A stretch of 57,620 nucleotides of DNA, filler included, from Sphacelaria rigidula (GCA_964200075.2; 9 parts of 9 records of this genome joined end to end with filler, not necessarily neighbours in it); one strand, 5' to 3'; numbered from the whole stretch's first letter, positions 1 through 13,272 are shown. The notes: generated by a model not told the origin, from the sequence alone. Made by a program: numbers and translations.

Positions 1-17
1 CCCCATCGGGGGTCCGC

Positions 18-65
18 CCCTACAAAGCCGGGACGGAGCACGCCGGGTTCTCGCCGGACCAGGCT
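18..65 (-). mobile_element. Family A retroelement 3'-region fragment
   Basis: CCCTACAAAGCCGGGACGGAGCACGCCGGGTTCTCGCCGGACCAGGCT matches copies at 13273, 14335, 18995, 53552 and 54322. Confidence 0.7.
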
Positions 66-83
66 AACAGGGGGGGGAGGGGG

Positions 84-302
84 CGTACTCATTTGTTGCT
101 TGCCTTAGTCATTTGACCATTGACCACGCATTCCTTTCGAGGCGGAGCACCGCTTCCACTCCTGATAGAGATACCTGCAACATTTGAGCGTTCATGAGGT
201 TTCTTCCACACATTACACAAAAAGACTTTTCATGTTTTCCGCTTTCTGTTTCGCCGTCTGTGACCAACATTTATCTCCTAGGATAGTGATTGTTTTCTCG
301 CT
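84..302 (-). mobile_element. Family B LINE, 5'-truncated 3' end, bracketed by G-tracts
   Basis: Reverse complement of the 3' end of the LINE at 16560-17780; G-rich tracts at 70-83 and 303-323. Confidence 0.8.
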
Positions 303-366
303 GGGGGGGGGAGGGGGGGGGGGCAGAATGAAATAAGGAGTACTGCAGTAGTTTCCCTTATCTCAC

Positions 367-467
367 CCTGGTCTATCGCTGATATAAACGGGACCTCCGC
401 TAACCGCGCGAGCAGCCGCGTGCATCCAGCTAGCCTCCCCGATTCCCGTCTGGAACATATCCCAATC
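367..467 (-). CDS. Raffinose synthase/Sip1 family (GH36), internal exon
   Basis: Exon DWDMFQTGIGEASWMHAAARAVSGGPVYISDRPG with the hallmark DWDMF and HAAARAxSGGPxYxSDxPG motifs; canonical splice sites. Confidence 0.93.
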
Positions 468-967
468 CTGTCGGCATAGTAGGCAAAAAGGTGACTTTTT
501 TCTCTTCATATTTGCCAAAATGCAACGAATAATACACTCGCGTTCTGTTGGGCATGAAAATGACAGTACTTGCAGATAGACACTTGCCGTTGGGGAGGGG
601 GGTCGGGACGATGACAAGAAGAAAAAACAAGAAAACCTTCTTGGTTGGGAGATGTAGGAAAGACGAGAGTATCAATCAATCGATTTAACCTCTGTGTTTC
701 TGTCCCTCTTGGCATTTTACAATACTCTTACTGATTAAAAAACTATTCTCCTCACCCCCTTTCTCTACAAAAATGTAAAGCGCGTTTTTGTGTCCATCTA
801 AATAAATGGAATGCATCCAAGTTTCGCGACTCTTTCATAAAAGTCGATTGTTCGTCAGCGTAACACTCTCGTAAGTTATTCACACGTGCAAGAAAAAAAC
901 ACTTGTAGGGCTTGCCCATTGAGTTCAGCATTTTCGCGTTTATCTTCTGTCCTTCTACCGTACACAC

Positions 968-1102
968 CTGCAGACCGCAGTTGCTGATCATGAGACCGTT
1001 GAACGCGTTGGCGTAGATATGCGGGCCGTGGCTGAGGCTGTCCCTTGGATAGAAGTCGTCCGAGCCTCGGATCACAGGCTGGCGCCCGTAGCAAGCCGGC
1101 AG
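968..1102 (-). CDS. Raffinose synthase/Sip1 family (GH36), internal exon
   Basis: 135-bp phase 0-0 exon LPACYGRQPVIRGSDDFYPRDSLSHGPHIYANAFNGLMISNCGLQ carrying the R(A/G)SDDFYPRD motif. Confidence 0.92.
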
Positions 1103-1603
1103 CTGCGACACACCCCCCACGATGTTCCGTACGTGTTAGGGTTAGTGATGCAACGAGCATTTTTCAGGGGCAGGAGGAGTGGGGAGAGAGGGTTCTGAAG
1201 CCCTTGTCCCCGTAATGTCCCACAGCTAAAGGTGAAAAGGGTTGAATATGGGTTTTGTAGCACCCACCAGCACCAGCATGTTCAGCGCCGAATTCAACAA
1301 GGCGCAGACCGCCCAGCCAAGGCACACATCATTTGCACTATGTGGACGCCATGTACGCAAGATTTGCCCTGTACAGGCAATGTACGCGAAATGATGAAAT
1401 ACTAAAAATGACCCCACTCGCACGAAACCCACAATACCTCGTACTACCGACACACAAAAACATCTTCAACGCAGGCCCCTGGCAGACAGGACCACACGGA
1501 TAAAGAGTCTTGTCTTCCAGGTAACCAACAACTGCATATATATATATATATTCATGTATAAACAAATTATAGTTGACAAAGGGACAGAAGGTCAACACTA
1601 AAC

Positions 1604-1771
1604 CTGCAGGAGGATCTCGCTGTCGTGACACATGCAGTGGATGATCCGCCCCCCCTCTCCGATTTCTCCGTCGGAGTCCGGAAAATGTCGCCGAACACTT
1701 TTGCTCAACGCGGAGTGATAGGCTCTGGACAACATCACGCTGCCCCCGTTACCTAGCCCCAAAAAATTCAC
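1604..1771 (-). CDS. Raffinose synthase/seed imbibition protein Sip1 family (GH36), internal exon
   Basis: AG/GT-bounded 168-bp exon: VNFLGLGNGGSVMLSRAYHSALSKSVRRHF...IIHCMCHDSEILLQ, matching the family segment GGRVxLxxxYHxALExSxxxNF...ISCMCH. Not in the ORF track. Confidence 0.85.
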
Positions 1772-2283
1772 CTTGAAGAGAGATGGGGGGGGGGAGAGAG
1801 AAAGAGATAAAACAGGTCAGCAAAACGCAGAAGTTTCTAGAAGGAAATGAAAATAGTCAGCAGAAAAAAGAAGAAAGAAATCAAGCAACGAAAATCGCTG
1901 CCGAACAAGAGACACGATAGAGGGGGGAGGGGGGGATATTCAGGGAAATTGGCGACAACACTCCGATCACAGGCGGGATTTCGTCGGCGAGACATTTAAA
2001 GCGCGACCATCAAATACAATCGCCCCGAGGCACGCCATTTGTTGGGAGTGGCGGCGGAGGCGGGGGCAGGGCCTGACTGGCCCCCAGGTCAACACATGAC
2101 ATCGCATGGGCAGGTGCGCGTGGGTACCCATAATTGTTCACTGCGATATTAATCGAGGTGGAGATACTCATGGCCCGTCCCCAAGATTAGTACGACAGCC
2201 ACGGCTCTTACACCGGGAAACGACTGGTATACGTTGCGCATGTGCTGCTTGGGGCGTGACGCATGAGCACAGGTCGACCCCTG

Positions 2284-2335
2284 ATTGATTCATTCATTCA
2301 TTCATTGATTCATTCATTGATTGATTAATTGGTTG
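2284..2335. repeat. (ATTC/ATTG)n microsatellite
   Basis: Direct reading of the tandem tetramer. Confidence 0.8.
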
Positions 2336-3812
2336 ATTGTCGCACATTTCCTTCTTTTTTTTCCCTTGAAGGTAGGAAAAAACCTCCCCCGACACTTGAC
2401 TCCACGAACGGGTTCGTGTGCGAATGCCCCAGAGCCTCGGCTAGATCGTGCCGTGTGACGGTCATATGGGGTAGGCGCCTCGAGCATTCGGAAAGCTTTG
2501 CTCAAGGCTGTGTGGGAGTTGGACCCTTCGAAACCTTATGTTAGCTTGGCGTCGTACACGTGCCGCTCATAAACAGAGCTGCTACGATGCCAGCCGTGTT
2601 GGTGACAAGATGACGGACATAATCCGAGGTAAATCAACGGAAGCACTCTTCGTCGAAGTAAACTTGAGGAAAAAGGAAAAAAAAAAAAAAAATGGAAGGG
2701 AAAGGAGACAACCAACACACGAGTGGTCAAACCATAAACGCGTTTGTTGGCACCTTCTCTTCATGCCCCAGGTGCCAAAACATTTAGGGCTCGAGTGATT
2801 CCTGGGGTGTCTGTCCGTCTGGCGACGAACAAGTCGTGATCTTATTTTGTTTTCCAAAGATTGTGGTTGAGCGCACAGGGAGTGAGCGAGCAAAAGCCTA
2901 CGATGTATACGCTGGATAGGGTACATGGTATCAACGCAGAGAAGCACAGCTCATCGAAGCGAGAAATTCCGAACAAGTTTCTTCAAGTACAAAAATCACC
3001 AAGAGTATTTGAAGATTTATTTATCCATCCAAGTCTCGTGGTTTGGTTCCCAATTTCGTGGAGGTGAGTGTAGACGCGGGGGGCGACAGGGGATATTAAG
3101 TGGTAACCCCGAACCTGAACCTACTCTTCACCCTTGAACCTTTAGGGCGGGTCACCTGGGTCTTACCTTCGTTTTTCAAGTGAAAATAGCAACAGTATAC
3201 GACATGGCCAACCCTGCCGATCAAGGAACTGCACGCGTACGACAAAACAAAGATAGAACATATTTTCAATTTAGAACGCGTGTGCCGCACAAAAAGCAGG
3301 CCATATATTTTGTCTAGAACAAGTTTTTGACCGACATTAAAAAAATATGTTACTATTTATAAAACAAGAACAAAAAAAAAGCGCACTTTTGTAAGCTTCG
3401 AATCTTAGTCGAGAATAAGTTTCCTGAACGCCGGCAGTAATAACATCTACTCATGCAGAATATCGCCGGTTTCAGGTTGAATCCCTGGAACGAAAGCGGA
3501 CGGATAAGATTGTCCTCCAAGTTATTTCTGTCGTACGTATGATATATATGGCAACATGTAGCACATACGACATACCTGTAGAACCACAGATGCTACCCGC
3601 GAGATCCAAGACACACGTCACTCATGGCAACCACTAGGTGACTCAAATTTCTCTGCATAACCGGTCACACAACTGCTATTGCGGTTTAATACTGTAGTTT
3701 CAGGCGTTAACCGATTGGCAACAGGTCGTTCTTCTAGATCACGAGTATGCAGAAATATCCAGCAAAAGAAAGAGACAAGTTACATATCTGCTCCGTAGAA
3801 TTTTTGTCGCGC

Positions 3813-3888
3813 GCGCCCCGGTGGTGTGATGGTCCTACTGTCAGCGCTAGGGTGAAGAGAACGCGGATTCGATTCCGGATGCCTTGGG
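3813..3888 (+). repeat. Degenerate tRNA-like/SINE head
   Basis: A-box-like TGGTGTGATGG and B-box-like GGATTCGATTCC; no convincing cloverleaf. Confidence 0.35.
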
Positions 3889-4524
3889 TCTATTTTTCGA
3901 GATACCCTGATTTCTGCCGTTGAAAAGCGTGAGTGCGTCAGTAACCAAAATTTAATTGACGGAGTAAGCTTGACGAGAGTTTGACGAGAGTTTGACGTGG
4001 TGCGGGAGTACTGATAGTCACGACCCGATCCACGAGACCCAAATGCAAGGCGTGTACCGGGGAGAGATGGGATAGTCCCTTGAGACTACCGACTCGACCC
4101 AAAGAAGGGCAGGATTTGAAACTGTGACAAATAGTAATAAGACGGGATGGAACGTGTGCGGGTGCTTGTCGAGATCCGGTGGACTTTGCGTATGTGCGCG
4201 TGCCAGGTTCGGCACGAAAAAAAAAAAAATGGCTTTAAACATTTGAGTGAACCGCTGTCGAGGACACGGGGCGCTCCTTTTCTATTTCCGGCAGTCGAGC
4301 AGAACAGAATCATGGTAAAAGAAGAGTTGGGAACGGTGTCAGGTATCCACTATTCAAGAACAGTGTTCCCAAGGGTATGAAGGTAATTTGCAAGTTTGGG
4401 GACACCTTTTTTCTTTGAAAAACTCACGCTCCGTTCTCGAGCACGGAATGTTACAAAACTGCGGACGGATTTTTTTTCAATACTTTTGGGATTTTGATAA
4501 GCATCGAAATATTCTAGAAAAACA

Positions 4525-4769
4525 GTGCAAATTCACGCCCCGGCCGTGATGTGCAACCTCCCTCATCCTCAAAACAAAAATGTATCCGCATTTTTTGTAG
4601 AATCCCGCGTTCATTCCGAACGATTTCGACCTCGTTCATTCTCGTTCAAAAAACGCCGTTCCCACTCTTCAGAATCCCCTGCTCAACACAGGATTTCACA
4701 AATTGCGGATGAAATCTTGTTTTGAGGATGAATGAGGCCGCACATCACGGCCGGAGAGTGCATTTGCAT
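4525..4769. mobile_element. MITE-like element with long imperfect inverted repeats
   Basis: GTGCAAATTCACGCCCCGGCCGTGATGTGC...CATCCTCAAAACAA pairs with TTGTTTTGAGGATG...GCACATCACGGCCGGAGAGTGCATTTGCAT. Confidence 0.65.
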
Positions 4770-5379
4770 CGCCAAAAACAAATCCATTCTCAATTTGTAA
4801 AATTCGATATCTTCACTGTAGCACAAATACAGCAAAAAATATACATATATATATATATATATCGTAAAGTGATGATTATTCCCACCTTACCTCATTTCGA
4901 CATAACATGGATTTCTTATTGCCACCTCACCACATTTCGACGTAACATAGTCGGTAAAGGAGGTGCGGTTGTATTCGGTCCGTCAGAGTGGACATTCTTT
5001 CCACGCGCGTGTCAGTCACGCCTTTCCGACAGTTTGAAAGATGTTAGTTCACCACTTGGTAGGGGTGAGAACTCTCTCGGAAACTTATGATTTCGAATAG
5101 CACTGAACCGAACCCTATTCGTAACCCCAACCCCAGCGAAGGCATACCGATAATCCTCGGGCAAGGGGGGTGCAAAGTATTCCCTAGGCAAAGTGTGCCT
5201 TGGCAGACCTCAAATCGGCGCCGTAGGTGCCGATTTAGACAAAAACGCGTTCTGCGCACGCTAGGAGCACGCAAGGAGCGCAGCCCCCATTGAAGATCCG
5301 GATTTCGGTGTCCACACTGAAACCAAGTCGGACCAACAAACCCCTACCAAGTGGTGAAACCTCGGGTAAAATCCTACGA

Positions 5380-6110
5380 ACTGGTTCACGCTCATCAGCC
5401 AAAATTGTGTCATCAGCAAATGCCTTTCGTGATACCTACCCAATAGTCGCATACGTTATATCATACTGACCACCATCAACAACTGGAGAGCGTGACCTAG
5501 CCGGATTTGTGTTTGAGGTCATACTGGTAGCGCTAAGGGCGAAAAGGTTTTTCAACCAACCAGCGCCCTTGAAATTGTTCTGAAATTGAAATCATGAATT
5601 CCAAGCCCAATTTTCAATTGTCACCGAATATCCACATGCTTCAAGTCATAGTAACCGTCATCAACTCGGGAATCTAACGGGGAAAACATATTTGAGAACG
5701 ATTACAACGGGGTCGAGTTATGCCCGAAACCGTGATTTTCGGTGATGTGGAGTCTCGGCGTCGTTTGATTTCCATTAATACGCACGAAAGATCCAGGGAA
5801 CCTCGTGACGGTTTCTCTTACACCTGGAGTAAAGAAGCTCAGATCACCCTCAGACTTGGCAGTTCTGTAGCTATTGATGCTCTGAATAGGAAAAAAGAAA
5901 TGACAAGATTTCAAACTTTCTCCGTTCTGTAGCGGCTTCCAGGGGTCCCAGAATAAAGAACCCTGGAAGCCGGTACAGAATGCCTCAAAAGAAAAACATA
6001 ACATGATGCGTCCCGTAATAGTCCAAGGAACACATGTACAAAGTTTGGTCGAGAAACCCGAAAACATCATGAAGTTTTTCTTGCCTTGACGTAAACTTCA
6101 CCAAAAAAGA
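5380..6110. repeat. Dispersed non-coding repeat; inverted copy at about 6415-7140 and partial copy at about 49870-50260
   Basis: Colinear similarity by eye, e.g. TTTTTCTTGCCTTGACGT vs ACGTCAAGGCAAGAAAAA and CAGCAAATGCCTT vs AAGGCATTTGCTG. Confidence 0.8.
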
Positions 6111-6314
6111 CCTTTTCATACAAAAAACCAAGTAGTTGGGAGTTGCACGTTTCAAGCTTACATCCTTGCATAAACACGCAAACCTTCTCGCAGTTATTAC
6201 GACTTAGACCCTGAAACTTTGCGCAAATGTGCTATGGATCATTACGCAAGTTTCGATGGACGAGGTTTTTCAGGGGGGCGGGGGAGGGGGGCGTACTCAT
6301 TTGTTGCTCGCCTT

Positions 6315-6414
6315 NNNNNNNNNNNNNNNNNNNNNNNNNNNNNNNNNNNNNNNNNNNNTTAATTAATTAANNNNNNNNNNNNNNNNNNNNNNNNNNNNNN
6401 NNNNNNNNNNNNNN
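6315..6414. other. Artificial contig spacer N44-TTAATTAATTAA-N44 (first of eight; others at 12729-12828, 19143-19242, 25556-25655, 31969-32068, 38382-38481, 44795-44894, 51208-51307)
   Basis: Identical 100-bp structure with stops in all six frames, recurring every 6413-6414 bp. Confidence 0.98.
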
Positions 6415-7191
6415 TTTGGGGTGAATTTGACGTCAAGGCAAGAAAAACTGTATGAGGTTTTCGAGTTTCTCCTCCATACTTTGTACATATGTTCCTTGGA
6501 CTCTGCCGGGACGCATCATTTCATTATTATACTTTTAGGGCATTCTGTACCGCCTTCCGGGGGTCTTCATGCTGGGACCCCCGGAAGCCGGTAGAGAACC
6601 GAGAAAACATTATATATAGTCAAGAATACAATTTTTTCCATTTTGAGCATCAATACCTACGGAACTGCCGAGTTTAAGGGCGATCTGAGCTTTTCTACAA
6701 CAGATAGAGGGGGCACCTTCACGAGGCTCCCTGGGTCTTTCGTGCGTATAATTAGTGGAAATTAGACGACAACACCCGACATCACCCAAACATCACGGTT
6801 TCGGGTATAATTCGATCCCTGTAGTAACCGTTTTGAGAATATGATTTTCTCGTTAGATTCCCGTGTCGATGACGGTTACTGCAATTTGAAGCATGTAGAG
6901 ATTGGGTTAAAATTGGGCTCGGTATTCGTAATTCAGATCTCGGAACAGTTTGAAAAGCGCTGATTGGCTGAGACACATTTTTGTCCATGGCGCCACCGCT
7001 ACGGCCTTAAACAAAAATCCAGCGGTCACCCTCTTCGTCTCTTCATTGCGGTCAGTATGATACCATATATGCGACTGTTGGGTGCGTATTGCGGAAGGCA
7101 TTTGCTGACGACACAATTTTGGGTGATCACCGTGAACCAGCCTGTAGTGCACCTGTAGGAGAACAAAGTTACCACTTTGATATTCGTAAGG

Positions 7192-8007
7192 GTCCTTCTT
7201 GACGAAGGGGATTATCCCCTTTTTCGAAATCCCCTTTTTGAAAAACGACCCCTGATTGGTCGCTGCGATACCACCCCCCAAATAGAATCCCTTCGAGGTG
7301 CACAGAAATCCCCTTTCTTTGAGGGGATTTCAGGAAGTGCACACTTCCTGAAATCCCCATTTCAAAAAGGGGATTTCTGTGCACCTCGAAGGGGAACATA
7401 CATGTCCCGTTGACAGGGTGCACATGCGAAGGCGTACCACACAATCCGACACAATCAGAGCTGAACCTGAAGAACTTGGTGGCCCGGTAAACCAAAAACA
7501 CACTGCTCGAGCCGTAGCTGATCATCAGCCGTGCACGTTGTACGTGACCTTGCTCAAATCCGTGTAGACTTCATTGAGAAGCCATGATTTGTGTGAGACG
7601 CGCGCACAGCACACGCTCACAAAACGGTCAGCAACGACACGTTTTCGGTTGTTTTTGACACGCACGCGGCCGCCATTCGTCCATTACAGAACGGATTCCC
7701 GTCAAAAAAAGACTGCCGTGCGAAGACTAGCAAGGTCTAGCAGTGAAACTAACGCGCGTGAGTGGTGGGTCTGTGCGTGTATTTTCGGGATTGCGTGTGC
7801 GGGTGTTATGTTGCCTCGTTGCGTCTTGTCTGCAGCATTACACAGACCTTGGACTAACGACCACTTCCAGACCCGCCGCATTTCTGAACCTGCGTGCAGA
7901 TCTGGGGTACATTCTGTACAAAACTGCTTGACGATAGGTTTGGTCGTTATGGGGCCAATCCCCGGTCAAAAGGGGATTGTGAAACTGGGGATAATCCCCT
8001 TCGTTTA
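7192..8007. mobile_element. Non-autonomous DNA transposon/MITE (~0.8 kb)
   Basis: TIR core ACGAAGGGGATTATCCCC (7202-7219) and GGGGATAATCCCCTTCGT (7987-8004); another right end at about 25741-25811. Confidence 0.7.
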
Positions 8008-8510
8008 GAGCCTGGTATCATATCAACTTTTCGAGATATAGTGTATCTATATATACCCCTCCCGAAAAAGGTGACATGTCATAAAAGTTGATATATTTGT
8101 AGTCATGTTCATATACCCCCCATTTTCCCATATATATCGCTATGAGTCTGATGTATTTTGGGTATATGATATATAGCGGTATATATACTATATACACTAT
8201 ATATCACGTGATTTCTGGCCTGTGTGACGTGTATCCCCTGGCATCTGACCTATATGATGATGAAATAACCTGCTATTTAACCTATTTGGAACATAATATT
8301 TCTACATATATGGTCTGACCTTCAGGGCATATCACAGGTCAGGCGGCAGGCGGCTTTTATGATACAATGCTCCTTTGGCCGACTGCAACGGGACGAACCC
8401 CGACCAAAGAAAAACTGAAGCAATTCAAAACATCGGAAGTTCAGGTGCAAGGGAAAAACACTGGAAGCTCGAGTCACCTGGCACGGAGTTGCACTACTCC
8501 ACACCCTGGA

Positions 8511-8655
8511 CAACATATGGTCAATATATGCAATGTTCGAGAAGTGTACTGCATAAAATATAGGCCTATTGTAACTACTGCCGGCCGGCAATAGTCGCCA
8601 TAGGCCTATACTTTATGCAGTACGTTTCTTGTCTACTGCAACTGTTGACCATATA
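8511..8655. repeat. Imperfect palindrome/foldback
   Basis: GTACTGCATAAAATATAGGCCTAT pairs with ATAGGCCTATACTTTATGCAGTAC around the centre GCCGGCCGGC. Confidence 0.75.
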
Positions 8656-9359
8656 TATATATATACTATTCTTATTCATTATGTTTGTCCGCATTCCGCG
8701 TCTCTGGACGCANNNNNNNNNNTGCACCATTCCTCCGAAGTCCGACGCACCAGCGGCCAGTATTTGAATCTTCCGTTTCTCTGTGACGTTCAACCTCTCC
8801 CGTGCATTTTTTAGGAATTTACCCTATATCCACACTTTCCCGTTTCCCTTCGCGGAATTTGCCCGTTTCTCCGCGGAATTTACTCTGGGACCAATGACTT
8901 CCCTAGCCACCATAATCTGACGTTTCCCTACTCGGAATAACCGCAACCTGTTTCCGTGGCACTTTTCACATCTTTCTCCTCCTTTGGATTGAACGCGCGG
9001 AACCCCCGACACCAGTGACGCGCCGAGCCGTTAGACTTTTCCCTCATTAAAATCTAACGCACCTTATTTCCCCGGAACCAGTGACCTACTCTTCACCCGC
9101 CAATGCAACGGAACCTCTATGTCTCTCCGGTGCCAGTGACGTTCACAGCCGTTTGACATAGTGGCTTTGGCGCTGGTCAGTTTCACCAGTCACTCCGAAA
9201 TCTGTGAGTGTGGCTTCTCGGCTTTTGCGTAGTCGGATTGCCGTGGTCAGTGGAAGTGCCCGACACCGGGCACGTTGACAACGATTACTTCTGCACATCT
9301 TATCAGTCGCCTACCTGCTGTGTATGACTGTATATGACCCATGATGAACAACCGCCGCG

Positions 9360-10383
9360 GTTAAACAGCTAAACCTTTGACGGCGGAGCCAGTCATCTGT
9401 TGAATCGACATCAATTTCACCTGGAAATGTATGCTTGATTGCGATGACCAATGCTTGCAGTCAAAGGGTCAACCCTTTGACCGCGAGGTTAGGTCACCTG
9501 AATCGGCATCAATTTCACTGGGAAACGTCTTACAGTCCAGATGGACTACCCGCATCGCGGTCTAAGGGTTAACCCTGTGACCGTAGTCAGATAGCCGTGG
9601 TCGGCGGTGGTGCGCGACGCCACGCATGTTGACAAAAATCTCTTCTGCACACCATTTGAGTCACTACTTGCTGTCCCGCTCTGTACGACTGTATATGACC
9701 CATGAACAACCGCCGCGGTCACGCGGTTAACCCTTTGACGGCGAGAGTAGGTCCTCTGTTGAATTGGCATCAATTCATCGGTTTCACCTGAAAAAGTATT
9801 CTTGATTCCGATAACCGACCCAGTCACCTGCTGAATCACGATCAATTTCACTGGAGAAAGTATGCGTGATCCAGATGGACCACCCGCATCGCGGTCTGAG
9901 AGTCAACCCTTCGACCGTCAGCGTAGGCCATCTAGGCCATTGACGATTCAAAAAATTATCCATTATATGTGGTGGCGGTCACAGCATCAGAATATTTCCC
10001 ATTATTATTAACCCTTTGGGGACCGGATTCTCAGAAGCATGCGGTTTGCACGCAGCGTCCTTTTTGTGAATCAGCAACGCTTTTACTTGAAAACGAGTGA
10101 AAATTATGCCGATTCACCAAAAGGCCCCTGAGTGCAAACTTTACATTTTTGTGGGGATCCGGTCCCGAAAGAGTTGGCCCTTTGATGGCGAGGGTAGGTC
10201 AGCTGCTGAATTGGCATCAATTTCACTTGAAAAAGTATGCGCTATCCAGATGGACTACCCGCATCGCGGTCTAAGGGTTAACCCTTAGACCGCGAGGGTA
10301 GTCCATATCTGGATTATGCATACTTTTTTCAAGTGAAATTGATGGCGACTCAACAGATGACCTACTCTCCGTCGAAGGGTTAA
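9360..10383. mobile_element. Cluster of piggyBac-like MITEs (~100-bp and ~165-bp types)
   Basis: CCCTT...AAGGG termini with TTAA flanks, e.g. 10282-10379 between TTAA 10278-10281 and 10380-10383; also 9473-9568, 10012-10173, 10178-10277. Confidence 0.8.
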
Positions 10384-12960
10384 CACGACACATGCACCAG
10401 CACACTACTCGTATCAACGTTTTCGTGATGTTGAGAGTAGACCGCTGATTGAGAGCAGATTTGATCAGTCGCTTCAAATTAGCCAATTATTCATCCCGTG
10501 TGTGTGATGTTCTTTCCCTCCATCACTGGCGTATGCTTACAGCTACACGTCGATACCCTACTCAGGGATGTCATGGGCCTCAGTGCCAAGCTACTGCAGA
10601 AGGCATATTGGACCTCGTGTACGGGCATTTCAGAACTGATACGAAGCATTCACTGATTGACCGATTTTCACTTTCAATCGCATCCTCTACTCTCAATATC
10701 ACGAAAACACTGTTTCGTGTATCCACGCATCTATATCCGAGCGCACCGAGCAAGCCATGGCCACTGCGCTCTTGGGGACAGTACTACAGTACACATTTCG
10801 ACAAGTCTTTCAGTACTTTTCCGAGAGGGTTCCAGCGCCCTTTCCGACCTTTTCGTACATCCACTTTGACTTTTAGCCGATAATTTTAGCCTTTTTTGGT
10901 CACTTGCGAAACCGTTTTCGTGGACTGGTCGACAAATTATTCATCCGGCAAAAACTCGAACCGGGCGCACGAAAGTTCGAAAAAGTGGGCCATAATCCTC
11001 CCAGAGAGTAAGTACGGTGGCAATTCTTCATGAGGTGGCATAATCCACCGAACCACGTATGCCAGCGGAAATCGGCACTGAATCATCAAACAGGCTTTTT
11101 TGGAGAGATTGTTCGTTTGACACGAGCAAGCGGCTTCATACGATTCACTCATTCCTCGCTTCCATGCCAAGCAACGACCCGGTGAAGTGAACAAGATGAT
11201 ATTGCCTGCACGTGTATGTCGGTCCGAGCTAGAATCAATATAATCTTCTTGACCTCCCTGTGAAATGGCGAGGCAGTCGGAAAGGCCACGGTGCCATTGA
11301 CCGGTAGCTATGCACTGGATTTATCCATCAAAATAGAGAGTTTCGGGGGAAACAAATTATGAGCACATTCGTAGTGCAGAATGGAAGCGTTAAAACTTCA
11401 CTTCATATTGGAAGATGATATGATGTGGCTTGACGTGGATTTTTTCGGTCGCAGTGATCAGCCGCAGGTTCTACCTCTTCATGAGTACTTTGAAAACAGA
11501 CGTATGGACCAACGCGCATCGGTTCGAAGGAGTTACGATAGCCCACCTACTGCATTGTTGAAATTGCTACGGTCACCACACAGTGCTGCTACTGAGAGGA
11601 GTCAAGGTACATCCCAGTGCGGTGCAGTAGAGTACAGTGCAATGCAAGCTCGATAGTAGACTGACGCGGCACAAATGGATCAAAGTGGGGTATGTACTGT
11701 AGCAGACAGTAGCTACAGAGAGGAGCATATGACTGTACAAGTAGTACGGTGCACCAGCGCATTGCAGTGGTAATTACAGTACGTCCAACTGAATAACAGG
11801 GCAAGCCGCAAGTACCCGACGTCGCATCATGGTGTCACCCTAAATCACGGCAGGCTTCGCTGGATTCATCAGCAGTACAGCACTGCCTCTGTGTAATTTC
11901 CCAACGTTTTTTTATTTTCTATTATGAGGAGTTAAGCAGACCATGACTTTGAAACAGATGACTGCCCTATACTTAGTCAAGTTGCGCACGTCAATGCACA
12001 TGTTACCCCGCGGGCGCGGAGCCCTGATGGCAGGTAACTTTTGCAACTAGATGGGGTTCAGTTTTTTCGCTGGCAGGTTGTCTTATTTCGCTTGCACGGG
12101 CAGTTCTACGCCCGCTGTGCGATCGCCAACCCACAGGCATCCCCTGTTTGGATCCCATTTTTACTTTAGACTATCGAATCATCTGCAAATCATAGGTTCA
12201 GCACCGAACACTCCACGTTATCCTTTGCCTTGGGAAACGCTCCATTGAGCGGGGGCGCGAAGCGCCAAAACCTTGTAACAGTTAATTCATTTATCTTTTT
12301 CGCCGTTGAAGAGCATTGGACGCAGGTGCACTTTGTGTCATTTTTTCACTTGATTTTAGAGTGCAGCGGAGTACAGCGAAGTACAGCGAAACGGGATCGT
12401 CGTTCTGTCAACCTCTGACACGTTTTCGGCTTCCATTTAGGTAGACATTTCGCTTCAGGTCGATTCGGGAGCATCGCTTTCATCGTTTTCTCGGCAGTGT
12501 TCTGCATGGTGTTTTCATCCATTTCGTTCCGCCGTTTTTCCCTTGCCGTGGAGGTAGACCCTTCGTTCGTCGACCCTTCGTCCACGTCACACGGCATGCA
12601 AGCCTTCCAATCGCTCCGCCGTTCTTGGTCAGAATCCCAGAACGTTCACATAAGCTCTGAGAACCGAGCATTTCCCCGTACTATAGTGAGTCGCGAAGTT
12701 TCCCGTGTGTACAGACCAGAACACAGAANNNNNNNNNNNNNNNNNNNNNNNNNNNNNNNNNNNNNNNNNNNNTTAATTAATTAANNNNNNNNNNNNNNNN
12801 NNNNNNNNNNNNNNNNNNNNNNNNNNNNCCCAACCCTGGGGGGGAAAACAACCCCCCCCCCCCCCCCCCCCCCCCCCCCGCCATCGCCCCCCACAACCCT
12901 CGGCTACGTTAGATCGCTCCGATCATGGAAGAAAAAACCCTGGCGAAGTGAGGCACTCAC

Positions 12961-13152
12961 CATTTCCCACGCGCGGCTCCTGTGGCAAGCAGATACGGCC
13001 GACCCGTAGGTGACTACGGTTCGCCTGATCCCGTTCGCTTTCATCTCGTCCAGCAGGTCCAAGGCCTCCTGCAACGCACCTGACTCACCGCATGCGCGGA
13101 TAGCCGTGTTGTACGTAACCGTGTTGGGGTATACGCCCTCGCTTCTCATCTC
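12961..13152 (-). CDS. Pentatricopeptide repeat (PPR) protein, exon
   Basis: EMRSEGVYPNTVTYNTAIRACGESGALQEALDLLDEMKANGIRRTVVTYGSAVSACHRSRAWEM; canonical PPR motifs; 192 bp, phase 0-0. Confidence 0.92.
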
Positions 13153-13272
13153 CTTCTCTCACAAATTAAACAGAAACAAAAAATGCCACGAAATAGTACA
13201 ACACCGAAAATTCATCATGTATGAACGGTGTTCCGCGTCGACGTGTGGGATTGGGTGGGAGGGGGGGGGGGG

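Noticed and set aside
5104..5138. Telomere-like AACCC repeats (also near 3104-3140)
   Set aside because: Short, degenerate and internal; not an array.
6359..6370. TTAATTAATTAA recurring every ~6.4 kb as a regular array or regulatory site
   Set aside because: Always embedded in N44 pads; an artificial six-frame-stop linker.
10880..11520. Possible decayed coding remnant (chromodomain-like RWQFFMRW)
   Set aside because: Too weak, with stops in every frame.
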